NCBI GenBank assembly: GCA_951406725.2
Contig: OX597817.1
Location: forward strand, 169,074,001-169,138,000
From: Octopus vulgaris
Taxonomy: Eukaryota
Reading direction: 5' to 3'
DNA length: 64,000 bases
Shown: positions 63,751-64,000 of the stretch, piece after piece
Layout of the letters: every line of letters starts with the position of its first letter
Numbering within the stretch: position 1 is the stretch's first letter
Translations under genes and position numbers: made by a program
Notes under the pieces: generated by a model
Told to the model about the DNA's origin: nothing
Databases searched by the model: none
What the model saw: only the letters and a program-made list of their open reading frames with translations

Positions 63751-64000
63751 CCTTTTCATCTGTCTTCCCTCCTCTCTTCACTCGCACCCACCTTTCCTCT
63801 CTTGCCCTGACACCTACTTCCTCTTCACTCCTACCCACCTTCTCCCTTCCATCCACACTCCACACCACCATCCCTATACATCCCAATCCCACCCCCACAA
63901 ATCCCACTTCACATACCCACCCCTACCCCCAAACCCACCCCACCCCCAACACCACCACAACACACCACACCACATCGCACCACCCTGCACACACTAGCAT

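Overview
AT-rich, microsatellite- and SINE-dense eukaryotic DNA. The repeat families point to an octopus (cephalopod) genome; this is inferred, not proven. The one host gene is ING3 (inhibitor of growth 3, a PHD-finger subunit of NuA4/Tip60) on the minus strand. I assembled its CDS by hand from 11 GT-AG exons with compatible phases (ATG at 57085 to TGA at 11252; 1566 nt, 521 aa). The rest is mobile DNA: nested CR1-type LINEs, an RTE fragment, four SINE families, mariner/Tc1, Merlin, hAT and piggyBac-type elements, and Penelope-like relics. Main observations: (1) a candidate 15-nt in-frame microexon adding basic residues to the presumed ING3 NLS region; (2) a huntingtin-like Q37/Q16/polyP tract whose mRNA forms a perfect 19-bp stem with the upstream polyAla codons; (3) a UGA-C stop followed by 49 open codons; (4) about seven degenerate minimal hammerhead-ribozyme motifs, several inside long inverted repeats in (TA)n; (5) a 7-mer SINE tandem inside one 13-bp target-site duplication. 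Coordinates were counted by eye, and repeat boundaries are approximate.
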